DNA of 64,000 nt from Blastocystis sp. Blastoise (Eukaryota; Protista; Bigyra: Opalinata). Made by a program: the position numbers and the translations under genes. The DNA lies in contig JBBPEB010000005.1 of the NCBI GenBank assembly GCA_039096225.1, forward strand, positions 1,240,001-1,304,000. Reading direction: 5' to 3'. The notes beneath the pieces are model-generated. The model was given only the letters and a program-made list of their open reading frames with translations. It did not search any database and was not told the DNA's origin. Shown piece by piece: positions 29,716 to 51,353 of the stretch (within the stretch, counting starts at the first letter, position 1; the number at the start of each line of letters is the position of its first letter).

Positions 29716-30256
29716 TATTATTATTAGTATATTATTATTATAATTATATATATAAAACAAGTGAACATAATTATTTTAGTTGAATTCCATAAATATTGTG
29801 ACAATAAAGGAGAAACAGTAGTATTCATCAAATATAAAGGTCATAATAATCATATAAATATATTTGGATATACGCTAATCAGAAATGGACTGGTTCAGGT
29901 AATATATATTATTTATATAATTAATATTCATTATATATATACAGAATGGAAATTTTAATTAAAAGAATTTCTATGTACATTAAGTGATGAACATAATATT
30001 CCTCCTACTCAATATGATTATACATATTATAATACTATTTTTTGAATATATTGTTCATCTTCTTATGGTTCTATGTTTGGAGGTGGTTATGATATCACTA
30101 TATCTGATGATTATCATATACTAATTCTACTTATTGTTCTTCATATTCTTATGTTACAATAAATACTACTCAAAAAGCATTTATTATTTGTAATATACTA
30201 ATAATTTTAAGTCTAAAATAGCTTTATTACAAAAGACTATAAAGTATGGGGAATAA
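28698..30256 (+). pseudogene. BTB/POZ-BTB-TLDc family gene, disrupted copy 2
   Basis: Close paralog of 13459. TLDc motifs KWKLF, EFHKYCDNKGETVVFIK, IFGYT, IPPTQYDY, SSYGSMFGGGYDITISD, ending KVWG. 1-nt deletion near 29426, an AAG>TAG nonsense at 29633-29635, and further frameshifts. Confidence 0.8.
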
Positions 30257-30709
30257 ATATATAAATATCAAATAATTTATAATAATTTTAGTCAATCATA
30301 TTGTGTATGTATTTCATTTTTGTAGTATATGTAGAGACTTTTTATACACTTTTTTAAATGTATATTTGCAATAAAATATTTTGTAACACTATCATTTGAA
30401 TATTTATATTCTATAATATCATTTATATAAAAATTTGACAATTTTTCGGTTTCAAGGATTTTATATGTTACTGTTTTAAATGAAATTTCATGTAAACATT
30501 ATAATAATATAATTTTTACCATACACATATGAATAACTTGTTTTTTTAGATGATAAAATATTTAAAAAAGTAGATAATTTAATAATGAATAAAGTATTCA
30601 AGAAAATCTAAGTAAAAATAAATAAAAAGTATATATATATATTCGAGTATATAGTATTTATCTAGGAATATACAACGAATAAATAAATATATATATATAT
30701 ATATATAAT

Positions 30710-33402
30710 TTAATAGTATTCTTCACCATCACTATGTATTTCACCAAATGAGCGACTAGATATATCTAAATTATTATTGGTTTCTTCTATATAATTATTC
30801 AATAATGGCATATAATCATCGATATCTATCTTATCTGTGCTACCTAAATAAATATGATTATCAATATGTATATATATATACATATATATACATTTAACAT
30901 TGAAAACTAAGAAATTCAAATAATGAAATGAATCATTTATAATTAATTGTACAAATTTCTTCATATAAGTGTTGTTAATTATACCTATGATTATAGAAAC
31001 ATATGTATATATATAATAATAATACCATATTGAAAATAATATTTATATATACATAAGTATAAATTTGTGATTCCTTTTGTATATGGTTTTTGTAGTTCAT
31101 TATAAATATATTCAGAATAGTCAAGAAAAAGATCATAATTAAAAAGAATTCTACAATTCATTTTAATGTAATAGCATGGCTTATGAGAATAAAAGCAGAA
31201 AGAAGGAAATATAGTAAAAAGACTTTCATTATTATCTGCTATATATAATAATAAAATAGATAAAAATCATATATATAAATATAAATCATATATATACAAT
31301 AATCATCAATGACATCAAATTGTTCTAAACTAGGAAGAGAATCTGAAGAACAATTAGTGATTGCTACTATGAAAGGATAAACACATTCATACGGGTCTCT
31401 GTTAATATCTATATATATATATATATATATATATTTAAAAATAAATATTATATATACATATATACCAGGATATCTTAGAGGACAATCTAAACTGATTGAT
31501 TGAAGATGAATTAGTTTTTTAGTATTAATAAAATCTGATATATTATTAAACATTTCAAATGGATATATCTCAGTATCGTTTGGATAATTGTTAAACTTAT
31601 CACCTATATATATAATCTAATTTAAACAATATATATACGCATATAGATTCTCATTTCGTTTAAATTAATCCATAATGATAAATTTGTGGACTCATTAGTT
31701 AAAAATAAACAGTTCAGCATAAATATTGCTATATAAATAAAAATATTGTTATACATCAATTATCATATATAAGTATTTATATACGTAAATATAAAGTCCG
31801 GATATTGTTTGTAAATAAAGAGAAAAATTCTAATAGAATTCTATTCATTTCAGCAATTTGATTCTCATTATGGAAAACTACGAATGATTTAGTTCCATAG
31901 CCTATTGTTATATAAAAATTTAAGCATGAAACTAAATATTTAATAATTATACTAATATCAATTTTTGTGACATTATTCCAATACTTATTACGTAGAATAG
32001 GTAATAATATATTGAAGAATTTTAAATATTCATTTATTTCAAAATCATAAACTATAAATTGTAAATTTTTTGATAGAAATACTATTATTATTATATTTAT
32101 ACATACAAGTAAAATGAATTTCTATCAAATTTGTAGTATTGATAGTTTGTAGAAGATTTTGAATTTCATATATCTTATCTATTAAATCTTTTTCAATGTC
32201 TATATATATATAATAATATATTTTAATAAAATAAAAACTCAGAAATAATCTATGAATCTATTTCAAAATATAAATATATATATATACCTATATTAAGACA
32301 TTTTATAAAGCAATGGCTTAAATCAAATGAATAATCATGAATATACTGGTATCTTTCACTTACTACATATAATATATATTATATATATTATATCATAATA
32401 TATACTACTAATTTCTAATATATTAAAATTGATTATTTCGGAATCAAATAACTGTTTCCATAATTCATTGTACTCATGAATTGCAAAATCAACTATATAA
32501 ATATGTTATTTATAAATAACTAAAATATATTATATATATATTATTAATATACACTGAATCTTAAATTCATGATATTGTTTAATTTGACACATAGTATCAA
32601 CAAAAGATTGATTTAATAGAATAATATCGTTACCTTGATTATATATACATATAGTATCTACTAATTCAATTAAAGAAACAGGAATTAATGATGAAATAAT
32701 GCTAATACTATTTTGATAATAGGAATAGAATTCCTTATTATTAATAGTATAAATAGATAATGTAGGGAAATGATCTCTTGTTATTAAAGTAACGATTTCT
32801 TTGTATAATAATATGTTAGGGTCATTTGTGTCAATTTCTATATTATATACATATAAATAATTAACAAATTGCATATATATACCATTTATCTCTAAAGTTT
32901 TAACATTTGGAAATACATGAGTTGTAATAATATCTTTAAATAATTGTATATACTCAGGATACATACTATAGTTAATAACTATATATATATATAGTTAAAT
33001 AGAGTATAACTATGGATATACAACTATTTAGTGACATTATCTGTATATTATCAAATATTCCTTCACTTATTGATTTGAAAAAAGGGGAAATATCAGCTTC
33101 TAACAGAAAACAGTTGCCAGCTATATGTATTATGTATTATATATGTATAATATACAGTTCGAAAAGTTTCTTAATTGTTTAAAAACAGGTAATTTGAGTA
33201 GATAATTATCGATTTGATAGCAACGGTATGCATATTCACTACGACTACTATATAATATATAATAAAAAAGTATATATTGTAGCTTATTAAAATAAATCAA
33301 TATATATATATATAATACTAATAATTATAGATATATTTAGAATATGATATTGTTGGATTGGAAATATTCAGTTCTATATTTTAAAATATAATAGAATATA
33401 GT

Positions 33403-33438
<36 letters not shown>

Positions 33439-34015
33439 CGTCCATTTTCTTCAAGAAATGAAAATTTATATGTAGCATAGTCATTCTTTTTAGAAATAAT
33501 AGTTTCATTGTTTTTATTAATTACTTCTTGTTTATGATTTCTTGGAATATATTCATAAAATGAATTAATATATAAATCAGGTTTCTCATTATCATTTTCA
33601 TTCTTTATTTCTTCATCAACATCAATAGGTATTATTTCGTCGTGAATTATCTCTTCTTCTTCTTCTTTATGGTGATTCTCATTATTTATTGATGAGTGTA
33701 ATGTAATTGTATTATCAGGTAAAGAGAATGCATATATATCGGGCTGAGTAGAAATATATTCATCATAAGCTTCAGGATAATATTTCTTGTAATATTGTCG
33801 TTTATACTCTTTATATAATAATATATAATGAGGATCAGAAGGAGGTATACATATCTCTTTATTTAATTGTATTACCGAAACTATATATATAAAGGTATAT
33901 ATATGCTAATAAACATATATTTACTTTCAATTGTATATTCTTCTATTTTTGGAAATAGTTCATGTAGATTAGAGGGATATATATATTCATAAGAAATATC
34001 CTCATAAAATTCAAC

Positions 34016-34107
<92 letters not shown>

Positions 34108-34230
34108 TTATATAAAAGTGAAACAAAACTTACATTCTACTTGTACTCTTTTAATATTAAATACATCAAATAATCGTGAATATTCCTGAAACTTTTCATT
34201 TCTTTCCTTTGTTATAACACCTAAAAAGAT

Positions 34231-34292
<62 letters not shown>

Positions 34293-34776
34293 GAATGTAT
34301 AATTGTTGTGCAATATGACCTTCTTTATAAGATAAATCTTCATTATAAGGTTCATAATATATTGAACAATCATTCTGTTTCATAAAAATATTTAAAAATG
34401 ATTGGAGAACAGCTTCTATTTTATCTTTAATATCAAATATATCATTTTCAAAGAAATAATCTGCAGCATCTCTTATTTCACAAACTTCATTCATCGATAA
34501 AGATTCAAGTGAAATTTTTCCTTCCATATATAAAATCAAAGAATCAACAGAATATCTTGAAGAATCTATATAGTAAGCATCTTCATCTTGCAAATAATTA
34601 GCAGAATTTTCAATTGTTAGTGATAACAACGACGTTGGATATTTCTTCAAAAAAGACAATTCAACACTAATTCTGCTTTCATCGTTAAAAATGAAATCAA
34701 CAGTATCTCTTGTATATTTAGAGACCGATTTTGAAGGTTTAAGACTATGTTTTTGTTGTTTAGTTTTTGAATCCAT
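30710..34776 (-). CDS. Divergent BTB/POZ + LRR-like protein, distant paralog of 23300-27156
   Basis: FIFNDESRISVELSFLKKYPTSLL...YYIDSSRYSVDSLILYM...AADYF (BTB). Shares IITTHVFPNV and EYIYPS...LFP motifs and intron positions with the 23300 gene. Confidence 0.68.
34024..34103. repeat. (TA)n microsatellite in an intron
   Basis: About 80 nt pure TA run. Confidence 0.95.
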
Positions 34777-35051
34777 CAATTAATCTAGTAGTTGAATTAT
34801 TTTAATTTAACCTATAATATGTAGCATACTAATACAAGCAATTATCTATGAATCAAACACTATAAATAATAATTTAATAATGAATAAATTAAAATAAATA
34901 TAAAATTGTTATAGTTTTTTTAAGATTTGATTTAGAATACTGCAAAAAGAAACTGAAATGGTTAATTATCCAGTTTAAACCAGATAAAATATTTTTCCAC
35001 GGGAATACTATTATATGGCTTTTATTTTTAATATCATTTTAAACACTAAAT

Positions 35052-37421
35052 ATGGCAGATAATTCGATATATGTATATTATAAATGATATACCTATGTTT
35101 GTCATTATAAATAGTTAAAATACTATGGATCTTCAAAACATTGTGGCTATTGTGATTCAAAAACGGATGGTAGAACGTATCGTTGATAATATGAATCTAT
35201 TCACTGTGTATAGTGATTATTATTCTGTTGATTATTTGACTTGCCAACAATACCAAGGTGTGTTTTTTTCCTCATTTCATTATTTATCTGTTTAGATTTG
35301 ATGGATCATGGATGGAGACGTGGTGGAAAATTTATTTATTTGCCTGATAACGAAAATAACTGTTGTCCTCAGATCACAGTGCGAAATTGCATGAGTACAT
35401 TTTGTGCTACAAAGCATCAACAACGTGTATTTGAATTGTTATCACTAGTAATAAAATATATAACTATAAATCTAGGTTAAGAAGCAATTCTATGATTATA
35501 TTGAAGGAAAAAAACATACTGTTCCAAAAAAGAATCAAACAAAAACAACAGTTCATATGTATTTTATTATTTATTATGTTGTTTTATATTATATTAGACC
35601 CGAAATCTATAAAGAATCGATATCCACGTTGATACTTGATTCGTTTCAAAATAGTTTATCTTTGAGTTCTCTAAAAACTGTTGATTCTTCATTTATAAAT
35701 GTATTTATATGATAAGTTTTATAATATATATATGTTATTTATAATATATAAGTTTTATAATATATATGTTGTTTATAATATATAAATTTTATAATATATA
35801 TGCTGTTTATAATATATAAATTTTATAATATATATATTGTTTATAGTTATCAATAAAATATGAAAAACATATTCCATTTATTTCAAGTACATTTCTATTG
35901 AAAATAATACCAATTGTATGCCTATATATATATATATTATTATTATTATTGATATGAATAAATGGTTTTATTATTGTTGACTTTTTTTATTACATCTTTT
36001 TTTATTTATGATTATAATTAGATATATATTCTTTATGTAAAGTATGAATAGTATATATGTTTTCAATAGATAAAAAGAGAATATAAGGGTGATATTGATT
36101 TATTAATTCATCAATTTGAATATTATTTACAAAGAAAAACACAAGATAATTCTATATATTCATTTATTCAAAGTGTATCCATTCAAAAGAATTATATTAA
36201 TATATATATTAAAGATTGTTGTATATATATGTATATTGTATTATTAATATATTTTATATAACAATAGTGACAAAGGATATTTATTTAACAAAAGATATTC
36301 AAAATAATAATAATAATAATATACACGTAAATCCATTCTTTGTAAATAAGTATATTATTATTTTAATTATATATTTATATACATATTATTATTGTTATAT
36401 ATATATATATATATATATACTTATTATTCTAGTAAACCCCATATATTGACATTTTCTCTGGAAAAACCTTCTTTTAAGCGTAAACTATATGAGTTATATA
36501 AGAAATATCAAAAAGAGGTGTTTCATGAAGATGATATTACTGAAGAAAGTTATAAAGAAAATAATATTGAAACTTGTCTCATTTATAGTTCTAAGGAGGA
36601 TGTGAATTACGGTACATATTACTTTATATGGTACCTAGATAATGTCCCTATTGCAGTTGATATTTTAGATATTCTTCCTGGTGGTATTGTATATATATAT
36701 ATATGTAATTATTATTATTATTTTTAATAGAAAAGAAATAATATATATATAAATAGAAAGAATAAGAATACTAAGTTCTGTGTATTTCTTTTATGATCCT
36801 ATATATAAGCCATTATCACTTGGAATTGTATCAATATTAAAAGAAATTGAACTCACTAAACAAGTATATATATATATTATTATTATTAATATGTATATAT
36901 ATAATAGTTACATTTACGTTGCCATTACCTTGGTTATTATATATATAATTGTCCAAAAATGATATATAAAACTCAATTTGGTCCTTGTGAATTATTTTGT
37001 CAACAAACACAACGATGGTATCCATTAAAAGAAGCACTACTTGCTCTACATAATAATAAGTATATATATATATGTTTATTTTTGATATATTACTTTTCTA
37101 TTTTGTTTTTATTGATATAAGAATAATATAATAAATATAAAATAATAAACATATATATATAGAAATGGTCCTTTAAGTTTATCTTCAAGTGTTTTAGAAT
37201 AAAAAAATAACATACATAAATTATATTTAGAGAAGAAAGGTCATTTTTATTGGAATTCTGATTCTTTACATATATCAATACCTAAAGAATATAAAGTTAA
37301 TGAATATATTATATTTCCTATATTATATATTTTATTTAAAGATGAAACAAATCTTCAAAATATATGTACGAAAACTATTCATGGATTATTATTCTTTGAT
37401 AATATATTCTTCGATTTTTAA
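35052..37421 (+). CDS. ATE1: Arginyl-tRNA--protein transferase 1
   Basis: HCGYC, YQDLMDHGWRRGGKFIYLP...CCPQITVR, LYKKYQKEVFH, YGTY...LD...IAVDILDILP, SSVYFFYDP.Y..LSLG, YLGYYIYNCPKM.YK..F.P. Confidence 0.93.
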
Positions 37422-38072
37422 ATATTTTAATTATAATTAAATATCAATAAGTTTTCTTTATTTTTTTTATATTTCTTTTTTATATGTTTTAGAATAAGAA
37501 TAATTCTATGTTGATTAATAAAAGAATAATTAGAATTCATGAATATATAGTAAGTCTAATAATACTTTATATTGACTATAAATAATATAATAATTAAAAA
37601 ATGATTTAATTATTAATAAGAATTTCATGAAAAATATTCTCATTATGATAAACACATGTGAAATCTGATTATAAATAAAATAAAAATATTTATGACTTTA
37701 TAAAAGGAATGACGACAGAAAAAATGATAATAATTTAATTCTTTTATGTTTTCTACAAATGAAATAATTCTGATATTTATTTCAAGAATCCAATATCATT
37801 TACAATGCGTTTCACTATAATAATTAACTGTAAACATATCAATACAACCAATCTCATTCTTAAAAAGGAATTTCTTTATTCAACACTATGCTCAACAGAG
37901 AAACATATAATAATTCAATCATCTATTCATAATTAAATATAAATATTTATTCATATTAATTGAATATAAAAAGAAAATGAAAATCAAATGATTATATTGA
38001 AAAACACACTGTGATACATATAATATTCCTGGAGAAACTAGTTTCTTTTGTAAAAACTCTTTTTTTAAATAC

Positions 38073-41035
<2,963 letters not shown>

Positions 41036-41471
41036 ATATATATATTAATTCAATTTACAAAAATTCAATTAAAATACATCTCTATATTAAAAATATTTTT
41101 TTAATTTTTTTTTCTTTTCTTCTTTTGCATGATATTCTTTAAGATCTATGGTCAATAATAATTTTTAGTTTATTTTTAACTATTCTGTTTGAATCAAGAA
41201 TAAAACAAGTATAAAAATACATAATAAAATGTAACTAAGAAACAGAGAAAGAAATTGTTTTAAAAATAGCTTTCCTTATATAAAATAATATATATATAAA
41301 AGTATCAACTAATGAAATATTTGTACATATGAAATAAAAATGATGAATAGAATAGTTATACATAAAAAAAGAGAAAAAATAAAGTAATAATAGTATATTA
41401 TACTAAAAATAAATGTATATTTTAAATAAAAACTCAATATACAATACATTTATTAATATATATATATAACT

Positions 41472-43033
41472 TTAGAAGATAATATCTTCATCATCATCTT
41501 GATTTTCGAATTCTGTTAGAATATTCTTAGACGAGAGTAATCCTTCTTCTTCTTCTTCTTTCTTAATAGAAACAGGAGTATTTATAGGAGAATCTATATA
41601 AAGAATTATATATATATATAATAATAACTATTATTATTATAAACATATTAAATAATATGTATATATATATAATTACTTTGAGTATTATTTTCTACCATTC
41701 GTTGTTGGGCTTCTTTACGTTCTTGTTCTTCGAACTTCTTTTTATTTTGAAGTACTTTCTTTAATCTATATATAGTAATATTAATATTGTTATATTTATA
41801 ATTGATAACATGAATATAAATACTATTATACATATATATACAATTCAAGTAATATATATATATAAATACCTGAATATTTCTTCTCTTTCAATTTCATCTA
41901 ATTCTGTTTCTATGTAGTGAATAGTAGTACCGATACGAGGTATAACTACATTATCTAAAGCATTCACACGACGATTCGTAATCTTTATAGCATCATCTAA
42001 GGCAGTAAAAGAAGTCTATATATATATATATATATATACATAGAATAATAAGAATAGAATTAAAAATATTTAATAAAAATAGTTAACAGAAATGTATAAA
42101 AATGGTTAATAAAAATGTTTATTATAAAAAGAAATATATAATAATAATAAATAAATAAATAATAAAGAATACTACTATATATATACCTGTAATGAAGATA
42201 AACGAATAATACAAGTTAATAATTCTTGCCATACTTTACGACATTTCTCTATTTGTTGGCCACCCTTAGATAAACCAATAGCATCTATATATATATGTAT
42301 ATATAATTATTAAAAAAATAAAAATAAAATAAAAATAAAATAAAATAAAATAAAATAAAATAATAAAATAAAATAAAATAAAATAAAAATAAAAATAAAA
42401 TAAAATAAAATAAAACTAAAAATAAAATAAAATAAAATAAAATAAAAATAAAATAAAATAAAATAAAATAAAACTAAAAATAAAATAATAAAATAATAAA
42501 ATAAAACAAAAATAAAAAAATAAAAATAAAATAAATACCATGTTCAACATCTCTATGAACTTCACTGAAAACAGGTAATTTGACACCAGCAACGTTATCT
42601 ACACGAACAGAAACTACTACAGAAGCTTCTGTAACATTATCACTTACTTTACGACTATAAAAAGAGAAATAAATAGATTTATATATATTTTAAATCATTT
42701 ATAAACTATAAATTTCACTAAAGCCAACATACTAAACATCATTTAAAGCCCATTTTGCTTCTACAAGAGAGAAATTAGCTTCTTTCATTTTCTCAGCTAC
42801 TTCTCGTTTAGTATCCAAAATTTCATGAAGCATCTTACGGAATCTAGCAGAAAGAGCATCTGCTTTCTTCTTCAAAAGATCATACCCTAATCAACATTAT
42901 TCAATGAAAAAAAAACCATTTACCTTTCTGAGCAGCACCTTTTTTAGTCTTAAATGTTTGTAAAGTCCTATTTTTGATCAATATGAGTAATAGTCGCAAT
43001 ATACATTCTTGTAGGAAACACTTGTTCTGACAT
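41472..43033 (-). CDS. ATP6V1D: V-type H+-ATPase V1 subunit D
   Basis: [100 protein letters not shown]. Confidence 0.97.
42311..42535. repeat. (AAAAT)n intronic simple repeat
   Basis: Degenerate aaaat run within a V-ATPase D intron. Confidence 0.9.
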
Positions 43034-43499
43034 TTTCGATGATTTATTCAATAAAGTATTCTATACTATATAATACACCAAACAAAAAGACTCACAAAGC
43101 TCAACGCATATAACTCGTTAATCGTGGGAATACATAGAGATCCTCCAGTTCTATTGAAATTCCCAGAAATGTTTGCATCTTTGGAAAACGGATTTTTTTA
43201 TGAATTTGTTTTTTAATTTTTCTTTATATAAGTGTCTACTGATGAAATAGTAGTCAATGGATACTATGAAATGATACACAACTAGTGAGTTTATTGTATT
43301 GATTTCAAATTTGAATGAATATAAAAAAATTTCTGAGAAATATCAAATGAGAACAACATATTCTATTGTTTGACTAGTTGATATATGCTTGAATAAGTAA
43401 TAGAAGACAGATACCTAAAATAGTAAAACATAATAATAGCAGTTTTGAGAAAAAAAGAGAAGTATATTGTATCATTAAGTATTTGAATGATTTAGAATA

Positions 43500-44442
43500 T
43501 TATAAAGAGATTTTTATATATGCATCTCTTCCATTTCCTTGTTTTTTCAACTAAATATAACAGTGTATTAAAAAAAAAAGAATAAGAAATAAAAAACATA
43601 CTTTTCCTTGAAAAACAAGTTGTGTCATGATTGTATCTAACATTTTAATATTCATGCCATGTAATGTAGAATCTTCAAATTCATCGCCATCGAGTATATT
43701 TTGATATGTAAATAATTGTGAGGCACTTGTCATATGTTGCTTTAACTATAAAAAATAGATCTTTTTAATCAAATAATATTATTTTAAATAACATTTTTGT
43801 TTTATAAAATATATTTATATATATATATAATATATATAATATAAAATAATAAAAATAAAATAAAATAATAAAATATATATATAATAATAAAAATAAAATA
43901 TATATATAAATGAGAAATACATCTTGATAAGCAACATCTACCCATTCATTTAAGGGTCTCCACCATAAGATCATTTCATTTTTTACTTTTTGATCAACCC
44001 AAATAGCTTGTTCTAGAAAAATATATATATATATATAAAATAATGAAAATAAAAACTAAAAAAATATATATATATATATATATAAATATACTATGTGCTA
44101 CAACATAATCCATTATTTTAATTCTTAAATCATGAGGTACTTCTTCTGTACATATATATTTTAGTATATTATATAAAACAAGTATGGAAATAAAAAATTT
44201 GGAATTATAAGAAATAAAAATGGAATTATATATTAAAATTCAATACTATCAATTTTAGAATTTGTCCATATAGGAGATGTGATAGTTAGTGTATATTCCT
44301 TCTTTAATTTTCCATAATTAAGAAGAAGATCAGTCCATACTCGGAATTGATCTTCTTCCACTTTCTCAGAACTTTGCACAGAATAGAGAGGAGGAAAATT
44401 GATTAAATCTGAAGGATTTTTCGCATTTAGATAGGTTGACAT
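43500..44442 (-). CDS. VPS25: ESCRT-II subunit VPS25
   Basis: NFPPLYSVQ...Q..VW.DLLLNY, SPIWTNSKID, ILWWRPLNEW, LFTY..I.DG.E......HGM. Five GT-AG spliced exons. Confidence 0.85.
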
Positions 44443-44591
44443 AATGGTTTTGATTCGATTAATCAGATGTTATCAGTGAATTAGAAATATATTTTATAGG
44501 TTTTAATATATTAAAGAAATTATTTAAAAAATACAATCTTGTTTTAGAAAAAACTGTATATTTATGGGAAGTTTGGTTTATTTGCTGGCGT

Positions 44592-44723
44592 AATTCACAC
44601 TCAGCATAGTAGAAGGTGTTTTCTTTAGAGTATGCATAGTAGACCAGGCCAATAGGCGGGTAGCCTATTGGCCATACTATGCTGAGCATGAATTTTTTCG
44701 TCATACTATGCTGAGCATAAATT
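44592..44723. promoter_or_regulatory. Nested inverted-repeat element in the VPS25/XRN2 divergent intergenic region
   Basis: GGCCAATAGGC-gggta-GCCTATTGGCC palindrome (44647-44673), flanked by two forward (CTCA)GCATAGTA and two reverse TACTATGCTGAG copies. The structure is observed; the function is inferred. Confidence 0.6.
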
Positions 44724-44827
44724 ATCCCTTTATTTGCTTGAAAAAAATAAAATTTCGAAAATGTAGAAACTGACCATTCACGATTTTTATACTTTTAAAT
44801 ATTTCTTACATTCATTAACATAAGAAC

Positions 44828-49539
<4,712 letters not shown>

Positions 49540-49884
49540 TTCTTATTCTGAATAATAATAAATATTATGAATGAATATACATATATTTATTAGTATTTTT
49601 GTGAAATAAATCTTTCATGATTTCAATTTTCTCTTTTCTAATATATGTTTATATGTTTTTCTTTGTTTTTTTCATTGTGTGTTTAATTATTTTTAGTTAA
49701 ATTTATATATATTAATAAATAAAACTGTTTATAAATAAAAATATATGGAAAACATGATTTAGAAACAACACTTTTTAATTTTAGTTTAAACGGACAATAA
49801 TATATATAATATATATATATATATTTCATTAATTAGACTATAGAAACATTTAAATAAGCAAGATGGAATACTATAAAATATTGA

Positions 49885-51353
49885 TTATTGTAATGTAGAT
49901 ATCTTTCCATTCATATTAATACAATCGAATTCAAAACAATTATATAATGGCTATATATATAGAATGATTAGTTATTATATATATATATATACTTCATCTT
50001 CTTTGGAAATATATCGAATTATATATTGAGATCCAATTCCCGCGGTTATAGCAGCAACAGGAATAAATGAAGATGATGAAAAAAGAGATCTATATATTAT
50101 TATATTTATTATTATTATTCTTATTATTATATCTCTTTATTTTTATATAATATAATAAATACTTATAAGTATTGAATGTTTGAATATCGATATTCGATTG
50201 TTTACAAATAGATACTATTTCTTCTTCTATATTTTCATTTATAGAGAGATATTCATTATCTTGTAATACTATTTATATGCATATTAGAAATATAGTAAGT
50301 AATATTCAATTATATATTATCAAAAAATGAAATTAAAAAAAAAATGAATAAATATATATACATTTAAAATACCAAAGAAGAGATTTAGGTTGTTGTTGTA
50401 ATATAGTTACTGGTGATAATAATAAGAATGAAGATAATGATGGGAATGTGGTTGTTATATAGGATTGAGAATTACCTATTTTCTTTAACCATCTTTATAT
50501 ATATATTGAATAGAAAAAAGAAGAGAGAATAATAATAATAATAATAATATATATATATATATATATATATATGAACTATAATAATAATAATAATCATCAT
50601 AATAATCATAATAATAATAATCATAATAATATAAATATAATAATACTGAATAGTATATTGAAATGAAATAATAAAATTGATTCCAGAATATTGTTCAGTA
50701 ATAAAAAGTGGACAATTATTAGATTCACATAAACAATAAATAGAATTCTATATATATATATTCATATACATAAATTCATTAATATATATATATACAAGTT
50801 TATATAGATTAATATTACCAATACAAAGGACATTAAATTGTTTAATATCATCATTATTCAATTCATATATAGATTTAGTCATAGAATGTATTTGAATAGA
50901 TTGATTTAATTGCTGTAAATATTGGCAAATACATTCAGATCTCTATAAACAAATGGTTAACTAAAATAATAATGAAAATGAGAATATACAGGTTTTCCTA
51001 AATCAGATTCTGTAAGAGCATATTGTTCTTGAATATCGTCTTTTGTGACATTTTTGTCATCTTGAATAGTCAATTGAACACCTGCGAGAACAAGGTTTTT
51101 TGCAATCTACAGAAAAAAAAAATTAAATAAGTGTATACATTTTATATGTTATATAGAATTCAGTAAGCATACCTCAATATTTAATAATGTACAATTGCAT
51201 ATTAAAACACTTGATTCAATTATTTTCTTTTGAGTTTGTGCACCCCAAATACGAATTTGACGATCATATCTATTGTTAATTTTATTGAATCATGTAAAAT
51301 AAGAAATGAATCAAAAAATACTGATCAAACTCCTTTTGATTCAAATTACTCAT
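49885..51353 (-). CDS. SAE1: SUMO-activating enzyme subunit 1 (SAE1/Aos1)-like E1 subunit
   Basis: QYDRQIRIWGAQTQKKI, EIAKNLVLAGV, DLGKPRSE...LQQLN, FIPVAAITAGIGSQ.IIR.IS....P.YN.F.FD. Absent from the ORF track because the exons are short. Confidence 0.85.

Noticed and set aside
44459-44704. 81-aa minus-strand ORF over the inverted-repeat element
   Set aside because: No recognisable motif; it overlaps the VPS25 promoter/5' region; probably incidental.
44592-44723. CRISPR array, tRNA or snRNA
   Set aside because: Repeats are short, mirror-arranged and few. No cloverleaf or recognisable snRNA motifs beyond a weak Sm-like AATTTTTTCG.
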